From the NCBI GenBank assembly GCA_013239625.1, contig MU054049.1, positions 1,863,892-1,927,891 on the forward strand: a stretch of DNA of 64,000 nt. The letters run 5' to 3'. The translations under genes were made by a program, and so were the position numbers. Positions 29,801 to 44,049 of the stretch are shown one piece after another. The DNA is from Lama guanicoe (lineage: Eukaryota). The notes under the pieces were generated by a model that had not been told where the DNA came from, made no database searches, and saw nothing but the letters and a program-made list of their open reading frames with translations. Numbering within the stretch: the first letter of the stretch is position 1; each line of letters starts with the position of its first letter.

Positions 29801-30929
29801 GCCATATGGCCCCAGCAGCATTTTCAATCCAGGGAAGAGACAGATGTAAAAGCCTCCTGGGCTGACCACTGCTGCAACTCGCGATTAATCTCTGACCATC
29901 AGTTTCCAAGCAATCTCAGAAGCATCAATGCTAATCACATTGGAAGCCTTTATAAGAATGTTTAGGCCTTGAAAGGCAAAGCAGGGGAAAAGGTCAGGGG
30001 TATTTAACATAACTAAGCAGGGCTGGAAGAACACAACAATAAATAAAAAAAGGAAGACTTATTCAATTTATTGACGTCAGCCTCCCACCACATACTCTTA
30101 CCATTTTTCTTATTCAATCAACTAGCTGGCCTTTTGAGACTAAATACGCTCAGACACACACAACTCCCAACTGGCAGAAACCGTAATCACAAATAGCAAC
30201 TACGCAAAAAAAAGAAAACACGACAACAACAAAACACTCCACAGTCAGCTCACCAAATGGCTCATCAAATTAGGTACTTAATCTTTCATAAACTACATGA
30301 TAAAGGGGGAGCTTTTGGTTGTTTTTCATTTCTGGAGCACATTCGGAGCGTTTTGCTCTCCAGAGGAAGTAAGACATAGGACAGAGCACTGAGTTTGGAC
30401 AGAAGACAGTGTTCAAGTCCCACTTCTGTCACAGGTCGTTTACTCTCACTGAACCTATTAATACAGAGGCCTTCCCGCTAGAAATTCCCAGATAGAATCA
30501 AAGTGAGCTGTCAATAGACAGCATCAATGGTCACGAATAGTTCTGTTACTGTTCTTTGCTGTTTCAGGCTGAAGAAAAACACATCATCCCACTGAGAGGC
30601 AAGAGCAGACATCCTGACTGCTGAGGATTCCCTAAAACAATGGTGGAGACTACCCGAGGCTTCACCTGCGTTAATTAATTTCCATTGGTCTGGTGAACAT
30701 CCATCAGCCAGGAAGACAAGAGCATGCTTGGTTTCAAATCTCCAGCAGACCCACTTAAAATCTTACTTGGTAAAAATGCTACTAGGAAATTGTGAGCTTA
30801 AATCCCTCGTGGGCACTCTGGACTGGAAGTAATTCTTACAGCTCAAGGATTATTTCTAAGGATAGTTCTAATTTCTGACTAGCCAGGAGGTTACAAAGTA
30901 TTAATCTGGTTCATTCAAAAAGAAGCTGA

Positions 30930-31160
30930 ATGGCAGAACGGTTAAGGGACACAGCTTCTAGAGGCTGACTATAACCTGAGTTTGAACCCCAATTACACCA
31001 GTTAACTTGCTGAAGTAAACTACCCTCTCTAAGCCTCCAACTCCTCATCTGAAAAATGAGAAAATGACAATATTTAATTCATAAAGATTATATGAATACT
31101 AAAAAAAATAGCACAGTGATTGGTACGTGGCAAGTATTTAGTGAATATTAGCTGTTATTA
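30930..31160 (+). mobile_element. MIR SINE
   Basis: cctgagtttgaacccc...ctctctaagcctc...cctcatctgaaaaatgag. Confidence 0.7.
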
Positions 31161-32319
31161 AGACATGTTTTTATGCAAAAAAATTCAGATAATGCTGAGC
31201 AAGCAGAGGTACTTGGATAGAATATGTCATTACATTACGTCCAGCTAAAAAACCAACACTCATTTACATAAAATGCTTACATTGCTCTAATCCACATTCC
31301 CTTCATTAAGAAAAATGGATCAGCCTCTTTTCCCATCAAGCCTAACATGCTAACACTCAGAGCCAGCCAGTTCAGTGTTCAGGATAAATGACCACACACA
31401 ACGAAAAAGAAAAACAGGATGTCCCAGCATTCTCCTGTCAGAAGTTTAGCTGAAAAACAAAGATGCTTTAAAAATAAAACATCCATTAACATTTAATACA
31501 AATTCTGGTTATTTGGTGGCAGGAAAGGGGAAGTCACAAAAGCCAAGGCTTCCCAAGACTTCTTGACTTCTACCTGTCAGTCATCCCAAAACTGTGGTCC
31601 ATTTTACTGTTGAGAAAAGACAGCTGTCAGTGTTGCACATGCCCAGCCGTCAAGAGCGCCCTGTGGACTTACGTTTCTTTTGCAAGCTGAATAGTCAACT
31701 GGGTGGTGGGGGGGAATGATACTGTGTTTACTGGGCTATAATTAGGAAGGGAGAAACTATCCACATTAGCTATTTTGGAAAGGTTCAAAATCTCTGTGGG
31801 ATTCTACCCTCAAAATTAAATTACAAAAAAGGTCTACTCTTTATTAAATTTGTCTTGTGTTCCATTTCTGATGATTGACTTGTTCCTCCTATTTAACCTA
31901 TTTTTCTTCTGATTATAAAGTAATACATGATCATTATAACAGCAATTTGAAAATATATAGAAAAGGATGAAGAAAGTATGAAACGTGTTTATTTCACCAC
32001 CCAATGGTAATTATGATGCATTTTCTTGTCAGTCCATTTTCCATGCTCATACATCTATATGTATGGATGTGAACACACAGTATAGTAATCGATACAGATA
32101 TATTAACATAATTGAGATTGTATTCTACATACAATTTTTTATTTCTTTTAAAACATACAATTCTTGATTCTAATCACGGTTAAACTTCTGTTCCCCTTCT
32201 TCTGCTTTTTCTTGTTTAACCTGACAGGGAATGTATATTTATAGTTATCCACAGAGAGCCTTAAGCTTTTCTGAGGAAAGGGCCACAAACATTTAACCAA
32301 GATAGAGTACTGCAGTTAT

Positions 32320-32550
32320 ATGTGAAGAGTTTAAATACTGAATTCTTAATGGGTAAAACTGAATGTCTGGAATTTGCTTTAAAACATTCTAGGAAAAAAG
32401 AAAGAGGGGTTGGATAGGTGAAAAAAAGAGGAAAAAAAAAAAGATACTGGTAGTATTGAGGGTGAGTGATTACAACATGGGTTCACTATACTGCTCTCTT
32501 TATTTTTTAGTTATGTTTAATAATACCCATAATACAGTTTTTAAAAAATA
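32320..32550 (+). mobile_element. Old L1 (L1MC/ME-type) 3'UTR fragment
   Basis: atgtctggaatttgctttaaaa...atgggttcactatactgctctc...cataatacagtttttaaaa. Confidence 0.6.
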
Positions 32551-33349
32551 ACTTTTTTAGAGAAGAGGCTTTCTAATATAAACTTAACTTAGTAAGAGAG
32601 TGCACAGTTCTTACCTGCCGCCCAAAAAAGTTTTTTTTTAAAGCCTATGATTAAGCCAAAGAACCTTCTGAGAAAGCTGATAACTAAGACATCAAAGGTT
32701 TATCTTAGGGATCATCAAGATATAACTAGTAGCTGATTATTCATTCTACAGAAACAACTGTAAGTGGCCACTGAGACACTAATTCTAAAGCATTATTAAT
32801 TAGAGCTACTTCTTACCAAAACCAAAAACCAGAATAACAACCCCAATCCACTGGGATTCTCTTCAGAATTCTGGATAGAAATTTTTAATTTATAGCATCT
32901 CTGGCAGATCCTGAGCTGATCAAACATTTAAATAAACATCCAAATAAACAGAAAGGTTACCTACTCTTTGGAGAATCCTTATTATTAATATAACTAATAC
33001 ACTTCATGGAAACCGATAATTACATTTCTACAAAATTATATTTCCACTTTTTTACTTACAGATAAAATTTGACCATCTCCTTGCCTATATTAGAAAAGAA
33101 AATCTGTGAGATGCATAGCTCTTAAATACCAGTGAGACTACTTGTAAAGAGAATTCTTCAATAATTTTTCCAATAAGCAAAAAAATTATATTCAATAGAC
33201 AGGTTCTTTATACAACTGCAACTGCAGATACCAATGCTCTTTGTTTTCTCTTAATCCTATTCCAAATACTAACGAAGTCAAAATCAAAGGTAAAAACAGT
33301 TTAATTATATATGGCTTAAAAATAAAACATCTCATAATTCCTAAGAATA

Positions 33350-34200
33350 CAGTGCAGTGTGAAAGGTAAAAGACCACAGGCTGAGGTCATGGAGACTCCG
33401 TTATAGTCCTAGCACTCGGCCACTAACCAGTCACTTAATTTCTCAAATGTTTCATCTATAAAATTTATTTTCATTTACTCAACAGAGATTTACTGAAGGC
33501 CTGCAATGCAGGAGATTTTGCGGAAACCAGAGGGGACAGATAAGATCCCTGTCCTACTGAAAGGATTAAACAACTGTAACAAAGCAGGGGAGGCAGGACA
33601 GTGGGAAAAGCAGAGAACACTAAAGGCACACACGTGTTGTACAAACCCAGGAGGTACCCCGGAAGCCTCTCTCCACCCACCCGTCGGTCCAGTCCATCCC
33701 TGTCACACTGACTTGCCCTTCTAATGTCTCCACACCTCGGCCCCCCGCCACCACACTATCCCAGCTACCATCTTCTTTTTCCTGGTGCATTGCAACAGCC
33801 TCCTCAACCGGGTACACTCATACTCTGGCCCCTCTCCACTCAGTTCCCCAATGCAATCAACAAATTTTCAAAATTTAAATCTCATCAAGTGTACCAGCCT
33901 CCCTCTCCCCCACATCAAATCCTTTGATGACTTTCTATCGCCTTAGAATGGCTTCCCCAGCACAGCAGGATGGCCTCCTTACCTCCACCTAAATCGGCAG
34001 CCTCTCCTCTCTCTCCAGGCTGTAGCCACACTGGTGTTCTCCCAGTCCCTGGGCACGCTGTGTCCTTCTTGCCACAGTTCCTTTCTACATGCTGTTCCCC
34101 CGGCCTAGGATGAAATCAACTCTCCTTTCTTCCTTGGTAAAAACTCCTGCTCACCCTTTCATACTTAGTTCAAAAGTTATTTCCTAAAGGAAAGTTTTTC
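33350..34200. mobile_element. Cluster of diverged MIR and L2 fragments in both orientations
   Basis: tcatttactcaacagagatttactg (L2 3' end) and pyrimidine-rich L2-like blocks. Boundaries uncertain. Confidence 0.5.
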
Positions 34201-35266
34201 TTTATTAAATTATATCCTTCACTGTTAAGAGTGTCATGATGCTACGCACTTCTTTAAATAACCGAAGTACATACAGGCTGTTACAGGAACTCAGAGGAGC
34301 AGCAAATCTATCCTGAGATTTGCTATGAGAACCATCAGAAATAGTGATACAGGAAGTGAGGTTTGAAAGAGGAATAAAAGCCATGTGGAGGAGAGTAGGC
34401 CACAGAAGTCAGAAACTGTCTTGTCCCTTCTCTTGTAGCCTAAAGGAGCTTAACATACTGTGGAGAATATTCTAAATGCCACTATATATCTGAACTAAAC
34501 TAAATGACTAAATACTATTCTCTTAAAATTAGCTAATACATCAATTTGGAAAAACAAGTTAAAAGCATGCTCCTCACAAGTGGTATTTACACAACCAAAG
34601 AGGATATGATATAAAATGGATACCATCTTGTTGAGATTTTTAAAAAATTCTCTTACTCAGATATTATTTTTCATTGTTCGCTGTTCCACTCATCCTTAGT
34701 GTTGCTATGGAGAATAACTGTATAAGATAACAAAGATTTTCATTGATATTTTAATGTTTGAAAGCCTCATAAATATTGCCCAAGAATTATTACATCTAAA
34801 AATATTCTTGTATTCAAATCATCTCCTATGCCCTCATTTTCCAAACGAATAAATAAAATAAAACAGAATAAATGTACTGAAGTGTCTTGGTCTTAATAAA
34901 AATTTGTATTAGATACTAACCAGCTGAATTTTAGAATTTTTCTCATCTGGAGAGAAAAGTTCTAAATTTCAAGAGGCTAAAAATAACACCTTTTGGGCTA
35001 ACATTCTGTATCACAGCAAAGAATTGTGAATCTATTTCTCCTTTGCCTTATGGAGTTGTCAGAAGTGCTGCCCACATAAAGTTAAGAAGCATTAGAAACA
35101 ATGACACTCCAGTAACAAGGAATCACCCAGTTCTTGGCCTCTAAATACCATTCTCCAATGAAAGGAGAACCAAGGTTCCTTTAGAAAATGATTGATTTCA
35201 GAGTTGGAGCATGGAAAACGTAAGATGAGCCTTGAATATCTTGTGATCCCAGAAAGAAAGAAAACA

Positions 35267-35268
<2 letters not shown>

Positions 35269-35301
<33 letters not shown>
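35269..35301 (+). repeat. Poly(A) tract, 33 nt
   Basis: Read directly. Confidence 0.95.
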
Positions 35302-35302
<1 letters not shown>

Positions 35303-35900
35303 AGACACCAATCTGAAGAAACCCTAGTGGCCAAAGCTACAACAATTTTAACTCCTAGAATAAAATAAATATCCGTAAGTCCATTCTGATATTAAAAATT
35401 GGAAAGAAAGGACAGCTCTTCTTTATGATAGAATTCCCAGTAATAAATGTGGAAGGAAAAGGGAAATAGAAAAATCACAATAGGCAAACACTACAGTAAT
35501 TCCTGTTGCAGACAAGATCTACCGGTGGATGCTAAAATTACTGGGGAGAAATGTAAGGCAAAATATTTGCCTCGTGTCAACAAAGCTCCCCAAGATATTT
35601 ATTAATCCCAAAGCAAAAGTCAGTCCCTATACAGTGGGAAAACCCAGCAGACACCACCTTAGCCAGGTAATCACCAGCAGGACACATCAACATCAGAAGC
35701 CCACTGACATGATGCACTGAGAGGGATACAACATCGGTTCTCTGGTATTTCTGCCCAAAATGCAATGGTCTCTCCATTTTTGTGGGGGGAAAAAAAAATC
35801 AGTCAAATCCAGACAGAGGAACATACTACAAGACAACTGACAAGTAGTCTTCAAAAAGTGCCAAAGTCATGAAAGAAAAGGAAGACTACTTAGAAAACTA

Positions 35901-36721
35901 CAGTGCCCCCCCTTACCTCTGGGGAATCCAAGACTCCACACCAGAGGCCTGAAACCTCAGACAGTACACAACCCTACGTATGCTGTATTTTTTTTCCTAC
36001 ACATACATACTTATGATAAAGTTTAATTTATAAATTAGGCACAGTAAGAGAGTAGCAATAACTAATAATAAAGCGGAACAATAATATACTGTAACAAAAG
36101 TTATGCAAATATGGTGTCTCTCTCAAAATGTCCTATTGTACATATTTAATGCCTTTTCCATCGTAACTAAGCACTCACACACACTGTGGCCATAACTTTT
36201 ACAGGTCGAGGTGTAACAGCAAAACTAGAATAAATTTCTTTTTCTTTCTCCACAATTCCAAGGATAGAAGATTTGTTCTTACTATAGATCTTAGCAACCT
36301 CAGCATATGAGTTTTCTTCTTTAAGTTGAGAATTTTACCTTTTCACTTAAAAGAAGGACTTTATAGCTTTTCTTTGTCGTATCCGAATTGCCATCATCAC
36401 TGCTCATGTGCTTTGGGGAATTATTAAGTAAAGTAAGGGCTACTTGAACACAAGCACTGTGATATCTCAGCAGTTGAACTGGTAACCAAGATGGCTACTA
36501 AGTGAGTAACAGGTGGGATACGCTGGACAAAGGGATGATCCATGTCCTGGGCGGGAGAGGGTGGGACGGGGTACAATTCCATCATGCTGCCTAGAATGAT
36601 GTGTAATCTAACCCTTATGAACTGTGCATTTCTGGAATTTTCCATTTAATATTTTCAGACTGCGTTTGACTGTAGGTAACTGAAACCACAGAAAGCAAGC
36701 CACAGATAATAGGGACTACTG
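35901..36721 (+). mobile_element. MER44/Tigger7-family DNA transposon derivative
   Basis: Termini cagtgccccccttac...ataatagggactactg with TA on both sides. Internal atgataaagtttaatttataaattaggcacagtaagaga. Confidence 0.85.
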
Positions 36722-37779
36722 TAAACACTATGGGATATTGGGAGGATTCTGGAACAGAAAAATACAACAGAAAAACTGGTGAGATTCAAATAAGGTCTGT
36801 AGTTCAATTTAACAGTATTATACCAATGTTAATTTTTCTGGTTTTGATAATTTTCCTATGGTTATATAGTATAGTTACATAGTAATGTTAACATAAGGGG
36901 AAGTTAGGTCAGTTGTATACAGGAATTCTCAGTAGTATTTCTGCAACTTTTTTTACAAGTCTAAAATTAATTTGAAATAAAGTTTTTAAAGAGACAACAT
37001 TAAGAAGGTCAACTGAGTGGCATTACCACACCAATCATCTTTGAAGACAAAAATAGAAGAGCAAACAAAAGTGTGATTTTGCTCCATGACTGCATCTCTT
37101 ACTTTGCACCCTGTCCACACTGCCCCACCCCTCAGAGGCAAGAGATGGGGATCAGAAGGAGGTAGTGGGGGACATTACACAGAGTCTACTGGGAAAGAGG
37201 AGCAGATATTATAACATCTTCTGAAGGCCCACTCCTGCCATTAGGGAAGAAAACTCACAAGTCATAGGTCCCATAAAGATAACTCTCCGATGAAAAATAG
37301 AGATCGGGGACTGGGGGAGGCTGAAGAGAGGAAAAAATGATATTCAGCTGCCAAAAAGATTTTACAGTGCTTTTGTTTGTGTAAATGATGGAGAAAGTAG
37401 TAATATGGGAAAATGGTTAGAATCTGAAACTTCATCAATACCTCCACAATATATTACTTTAGTCAAATAATTTAAACATTCTTTTGTTTTCCTTTTAAAA
37501 ATATTGCATTAATAAGTTAATCACATCCATAAAAAGTCAAAGTGAACTTTCACTTTTGCTTTTAATCTTAACAGGTATGTTTTTCAAGTCTCATAAGATA
37601 GTCAGCTTTGTGACTTTCACTCACACTTTATAGAAAGAAGGCCATGTACTCCAGCTTTAATATTATTTCAGCATACATAGAATATAATGTACAACAAATG
37701 TTCTGTGAATAAACGATCACACCAAACAGGCATAAGGAATCCAGGGTGCTCAGACAGGGAGGACTACCTGACAGGGTGG

Positions 37780-37970
37780 AAAGATCACAAGACTTGCAGT
37801 AAGACAGACTTGAGACTCAATTCTGTGATGTACTAGCTCCCAGACCCTAAGCAAGTTCTGTAACCACTATGCACTTTAATTATCTTCCCTACAAAATGGC
37901 AAAATATCACTTAACTCACTGTATTGTAAAGATTAAATTAGATAATTATACATAAAATGTTTGGCAAATC
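37780..37970 (+). mobile_element. MIR SINE
   Basis: Diverged MIR core ending gtattgtaaagattaaattagataat. Confidence 0.6.
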
Positions 37971-37975
37971 ATTCA

Positions 37976-38224
<249 letters not shown>

Positions 38225-38895
38225 TTAGTTTAGCAATTTCAAAAGCAGAGGCACCAAATTGCATTTGCTAAATTAAGGTAGGAATAATTTCAGGCCACTC
38301 TTCAATTCTTAAATCAGCAATACTGTTGAAGTCAAGGGCAGTTCATCAAGGATGATTGGAAAAATGTACTTGTTTGACAAAGTGCAGATTTCTAATTAAC
38401 AATAATGATAGTGAAGAGAACACAAAACATTACTTGTATTAGTGAAAAAACGAGACTATTTTAGCAAGTAAGAAATAAAAACACATTACCCGTGTAATGA
38501 AAAATTAAAACAAAGGATGGAACAGAAAAATGTAATGTTGAGCTTAGCTATTACTGCATATGCTACATTCTGCTCACTTAAAGATTATTGGACAGAAACA
38601 TTTTTCTATTTCAGTCCTAAATAAAATGATCTAAGAAAAATAATTCAATAAATAAGTCTTTTCCTTCCAATTCTGAATCACACTTCACACTGACTATTTA
38701 TAAGACCCGATACTAATTTTATTAAAGCAATTCATAGAACATGTGTATACAGATTATTTATGTATAAATTGTAAGAATATAGGCATTTCCTACATAATCA
38801 TTCCAAGTCGAGGAAGATGCAGGACATTTTCCCCTCGAGTTTTTTATGTCTGAAATGTCTTCTATTTGTACCAAACCCAAACTGACTGACCTTTT

Positions 38896-39013
38896 TTGGC
38901 GGGGGGGGGGGTAATTAGGTTTATTTATTTATTTTTAATGGAGGTACTGGGGATTGAACCCAGGACCTTGTGCATGCTAAGCACGAGCTCTACCACTGAG
39001 CTATACCCTTCCC
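38896..39013 (-). mobile_element. tRNA-derived SINE (vic-1-like)
   Basis: Reverse complement of the 16195 element plus a 3' tail segment. TSD ctgacctttt at 38886..38895 and 39014..39023. Confidence 0.9.
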
Positions 39014-41077
39014 CTGACCTTTTATTTTTAGTATAATCCACAGGACCTGAGTACTGTGTTCAGTAGGTTTTATTCTATTTTAAATATTCAAACTATACAT
39101 TTTTAAAGACATGATGGGAAAGCCAAAGACCAACTGCCAGTTTACGTATCAGTTGTGAAGTTTCAAAATGCTCCAACATAATATTAGAGAAGCTTTCCTG
39201 CTCCCTTCAATAAGACCCAGAACTAAGAATCCCAGATAGTTGCATTAATCTCAAAACAGAACGCAGAAACCTGCCCTGATTTCATCTTAGGAATCAGCAC
39301 TCAAAACCCAACTGAGGAAAGGCAGGCAAGACAAATCAAAACTGCAATGTTGGAACAATTAACTTTTCTTCTAACTAACAGAAAATATACATCATTGCTG
39401 GAATACGGGTTTGCTAGAAAAAGAAAAGGCTAAACCTGCAGTTCAACTATGTCCCTTGGGAGAATACAAAAGTAAACAAACAAGAGAAATGTCAAGAATT
39501 TATTTTCACTAGGGTATCCACAATTCTCCCTCCTTTAGGCCTTCGCAATCACCGGCTCTAAGAGGCAATAGAGAGCTCACGTTGATCTTCATTTCTCTTC
39601 CTACACACTTACTTACAACCCAGCAGTAAGTTTAGAAAAGGTGACAATGTGTCAGTGGTTTAAAGCAAAATGTTCTTTGGTTTTAGTAAGAAATGAGTTT
39701 TTAACTACCATTTACCAGGTTACCACAAAAATGATTTTAGGCTTAATGGGCTTTAAACACAAATATTTCTTGTTCCCCAAATAACTAAAGAGCATAATTT
39801 AAAATATAATAAATTCTTTGTTCTCTTGGTGAGGAAAAATGCCTGAAAGCTCATTCTTGGGGAAAACTAGAGGATATAAATCTTATCCCTGAGCACTCAG
39901 CGAGGTAAAATAAGAGGCTAGTTAATGTGAACCGAGCTCTTTCGAAAAGATCATGTCCAAAATTTGTTTCCTTTAACTTCCTTTTTATAAATCTAAAATG
40001 TACCTCTTAGATTTGGCCAAGAGAATGTTAATATGATATATCATTAATAACAACATATGCAGTTTAACTTGCCAAAGATATATTTTGACAACTGAAATGT
40101 TAATTTTCACAGCAGAGATTTATTTTAGAGGACAGAGAACAAAATTAAAATGTTCTCCCCATTAATACACTAGTGGGAGAACAAAGGTATTTTAAAGCAG
40201 GAAAAAAAAGACAGGGAGCCACAAATCTGATTTTGGTTCTACCAAGTGACTTGTTATAGCTTACTAACTTGGATGCTTCTGAATACATATCTTATTCAGT
40301 ACAATATGGAAACCTCTCCCAAGAATGTGGATAAGAGAAGAAGAGAAAGTGATTCGTGTCTAATGGCTATATTCTGTCAATTAGGAACTACGCATTGAGT
40401 TGAAAAAGCACTAATTAAGCACTATGTTAGGCCTGGGGACATAAAGATGATCTCCCTTCAGGGAGAATATAATCTAGAGGGAAGAGATATATAAAGACAT
40501 ACATTACAAAATAATGTGCCAAGTATAATTTCCAGTGAGAGACTTTATTAGGTAAGGAAAAAAGCAAGGAGGAAAAGGAAAAAGAATGAACATAAAAAAT
40601 AAGCAAGCAAATAACTTCTAACATAAAACAACAAGAGAAATTTAAAAATATATTTTCTCTGCCCAACAGAAAAGCTTATTTCAGACACAATGCATTAATG
40701 TAGTGAAATTAGTTACATAAAATTGGAAATATCACAGTAAAATTCTAACAAATATAGCACACTGGAGAATATTCGCTTTCAGTTCCCAATATTCGGACTC
40801 AGACATTTAGATATGTTTTTTGGTTTCCCCGTGACTGTGCTTGTGGTTTTGGGGGAGTTTCAGTGATAGACTGCAATGCATGGGACCATCCTACACATTC
40901 AGAAATTGCTCTATCCAGAATGTCCCTAGGGCCCCCGTGGAGCAACAGTGTTAGCAGAAACCTGGCTAGCATCCATGCAGCCAGGGGACTGGCCCTGGAA
41001 ATAAACAATGAAGGCAAATTCAAGCTACTGCCATGAGAAACATGGGGAAGAAAATAATGAACAAACCAAAAACCTCT

Positions 41078-41714
41078 TATGGTTGTTTGAAAATACATCC
41101 ACACATTCTTTGATATTCCCCACCTTTGAGAGGCAGAGTCTAATCATCCTTTCCTTGAGTATGAGCTAGATTTAGTGACTCACTTCTAATGAAGAGAAAA
41201 GTATGAAAGTGACAGTGTGTGCCTTCAGAAAATAGGTCAGAAAAGGCACTGCCTCTTCCTTGCTTTCTCCTTTGGGTAGCTTTTTCTGGGGAAGTTAGTA
41301 ACCATGTCGTGAGGATACCCAATCAGCTTAGGGGGAGCCCCAGGGTAGGGAGTTGAGGCCTTCTGCCAACAGCCATGAGAGTGAGCCAACGTGGACATGG
41401 TGACTGCAGCCCTGGCTGACACCCTGACTGCAACCACAGGAGCGACCCTGAGTCAGAAACAGTCCGCTAAGCTGCACCCGAATTCCTGATGGAAACTGAG
41501 ATAATAAATGTTTCTTGTTTTAAACCACTATATTTTTTTTTATATTTAAAAACATTTTGTACTTTTAATTAATTTATTTTTAATGGAGGTACTGGGGACT
41601 GAAGCCAGGGCCTTGTGCATGCTAAGCAGGCATTCCCCCACTGAGCTCTACCCTCCCTATTAAACCACTAAATTTTTCAGGTAATTTGTTATGCAGCGAT
41701 AAATAAATAATACA
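41078..41714 (+). mobile_element. MLT1F-like MaLR solo LTR, interrupted by a SINE
   Basis: atggttgtttgaaaatacatccacacattctttgat...gtgactgcagccctggctgacaccctgactgcaacc...gtaatttgttatgcagcgataaataaataataca. Confidence 0.8.
41538..41659 (-). mobile_element. tRNA-derived SINE (vic-1-like) nested in the MLT1 LTR
   Basis: TSD ttaaaccacta(t/a)attttt at 41520..41537 and 41660..41677. Confidence 0.88.
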
Positions 41715-42160
41715 TTCCAAAACAAAATAAAATAATACCAGATTCTTTTTCTTTTTAAAAGTTAAGAATGTATCATGACCTCACTTGTTACATAATTCAC
41801 TACTCTGGGGGAGAGGCAGGGGAAGGGGCAGGTATTAAGCCATTTTAAAGATAAAATGTTCTAAATCCAGTAGTGTGTTCTGAAATAATGACTACCCTTT
41901 TTTGAAAAGTTGGAGACTGTTTAAACAAAAAGAGAAAAAGAAGTCTGAGTAAGCAAGTGTCAACACTGTAAACAAGCTTAGAAATTGAAGGCTGCATTTT
42001 TAATGTCCTCTTGTGTGTTCTCTCTAGCCTCTAACCTTCTCCTTAATACAGCAAAATCGTCATACTCTGGCAAAAACTGTTTCCCAGCTCCCTCTTCTCT
42101 GACTTTGACCTTGACCATCAGTGTTTAAATGAAATCCAACTGTAAGTCTCAAGAAAGCTA

Positions 42161-42307
<147 letters not shown>

Positions 42308-44049
42308 CTAATAACCAATGAATAAATGTTTCTTACAAGATTAAATTATATATACTACTTTTCATAGGAAACCGTATGAAGGCATATTTTCAGCATTGCA
42401 AAACACATGTAAAAGTACACCAACATGTGCAGTAAGGAACTTACAAATTCATTTTCAAATTTATATAATTCACCTTAATGCCCCCTGGAAATGAATCTGA
42501 GTATCCCAAACATGAAATATCTCTCATGTCACATTCACAACTAAATAAAACACTTGCTGATGAAAAGCAGTACATTCTGCCCTTGGTTACATCAGCTAAA
42601 AACTACTATACCACCAAGCTTCTACAGGCTGCAATATAAGAAATCACCATAAAAGCCACACACTGTTTCAGAGCATATTACATGTGTCAAATCTAACCTT
42701 ACTGGGTTACTGGGTAGTAAACAATGAGGTTTCTGGTGACCTTAGAATTTTCCTTTTCCAGGGACCTTTAGGAAGTTAAAACCACGATTCCCATATCATA
42801 ATTTGAAATACCACAAAGACAACATTCATGGCCCATTTTTGTCTTTTGTAATTTCCCATCTCTTCAACACTTTAGAAATTACTTTAGATCTTTTAATCCA
42901 ATTTCCCTCTAAACATCAGGGTATTTCTTTTAAAATACTGAAAATGAAAACACTCTTAATTTAGAGATATTATGTATACAGTCAGGATTAAAGTAAATCA
43001 CGTATCTATCTGAAATCACATCTGAACTAGACAGACAAGGTCTCAGTTATAATCCAGTCTGATCCTGTCATTATTACAGATAAAAGAAAACTGAGGCCAA
43101 GGAGGTTACCTGATTATCCTAGATTGGAAATGTCAATTAGCAACCAAATCAGAATTAGAACCCAAGTGTTCTTGCCTATACTCCATGGCCCTCCCCACTC
43201 CTCTATGTGACCGATGCTTGGGATTACTACACAGACTCTTCACAAATATCTATGGATTCCCTTTGCTACCAGGAGCTAAGCTGAAAAAAAGGAATATTCA
43301 CTTGTCTATCTGCAACTGGACACAGTACATGTGTAAATAGAAAAAGTAACACAGATAATTTATATTTACTCTGGTTTTATAGGAAAATTTACTAATTTTA
43401 TTATAGAAAATAAGAATTTTCTTTATATTAAAGCTCTAAAACCCAAACCTATGCCCACCTCCCTCTTTAAATTAGGATAGTGGAAAACTGATACTCAGAA
43501 TGAACAGAAAGATATTTGCAATTCAGAGAGTTTGGGTTTTAACTAATCACAGGTGTATAGAAGACTAAGCAAGTGAATAATACAAGACAATAATTAACTC
43601 TGGGGAAAACAAAAAGTTGTACAAGAGTAGAAAAGGAATCATATCTCAGATATGAATAGTGTTTTTACCATCTTACTAAAAAAGCAAATACTGATCTAAT
43701 TGAAATGAATATAATAACTAACAGTGGAAAAGTGGGGAAACAGAAAAAGGCCGTGTTAGTGGTGATAGGGTTAAGTAAACAACAGCTAAATCATTGTCTT
43801 CTATAATGAGAAGTTAATACATTTAAAAAAAGGCTAACGGGTTCAAAGCCTCTTCATTATAAGCTTCTTTAATGCTAATAAAAAAACTAAATTAAAAAAT
43901 TATATACAGAAGGCATTCTACTATTTTAGAATTTTAATATATACATTAAAGATATCTGCTTTCCTGTACCCAAAGATACATAAAATATATTAACGCATTT
44001 ATTTAAGTTATACAAATTCTTCTTACTCATAATTTATCTTCTTGCTTTT

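Larger units (their letters stand above)
35085..36990 (+). mobile_element. Old L1 (L1MC/MD-type) 3' region, interrupted by a MER44-type transposon
   Basis: tctaaataccattctccaatgaaagg... and attataccaatgttaatttttctggttttgataatt...ttgaaataaag on either side of the insertion. Confidence 0.7.

Noticed and set aside
35092..35334. 80-aa ORF with poly-Phe
   Set aside because: Reverse reading of a poly(A) tract inside an L1 remnant.
40870..40950. Possible hAT MITE end (MER20/MER117-like)
   Set aside because: Too short and diverged to call without a profile search.
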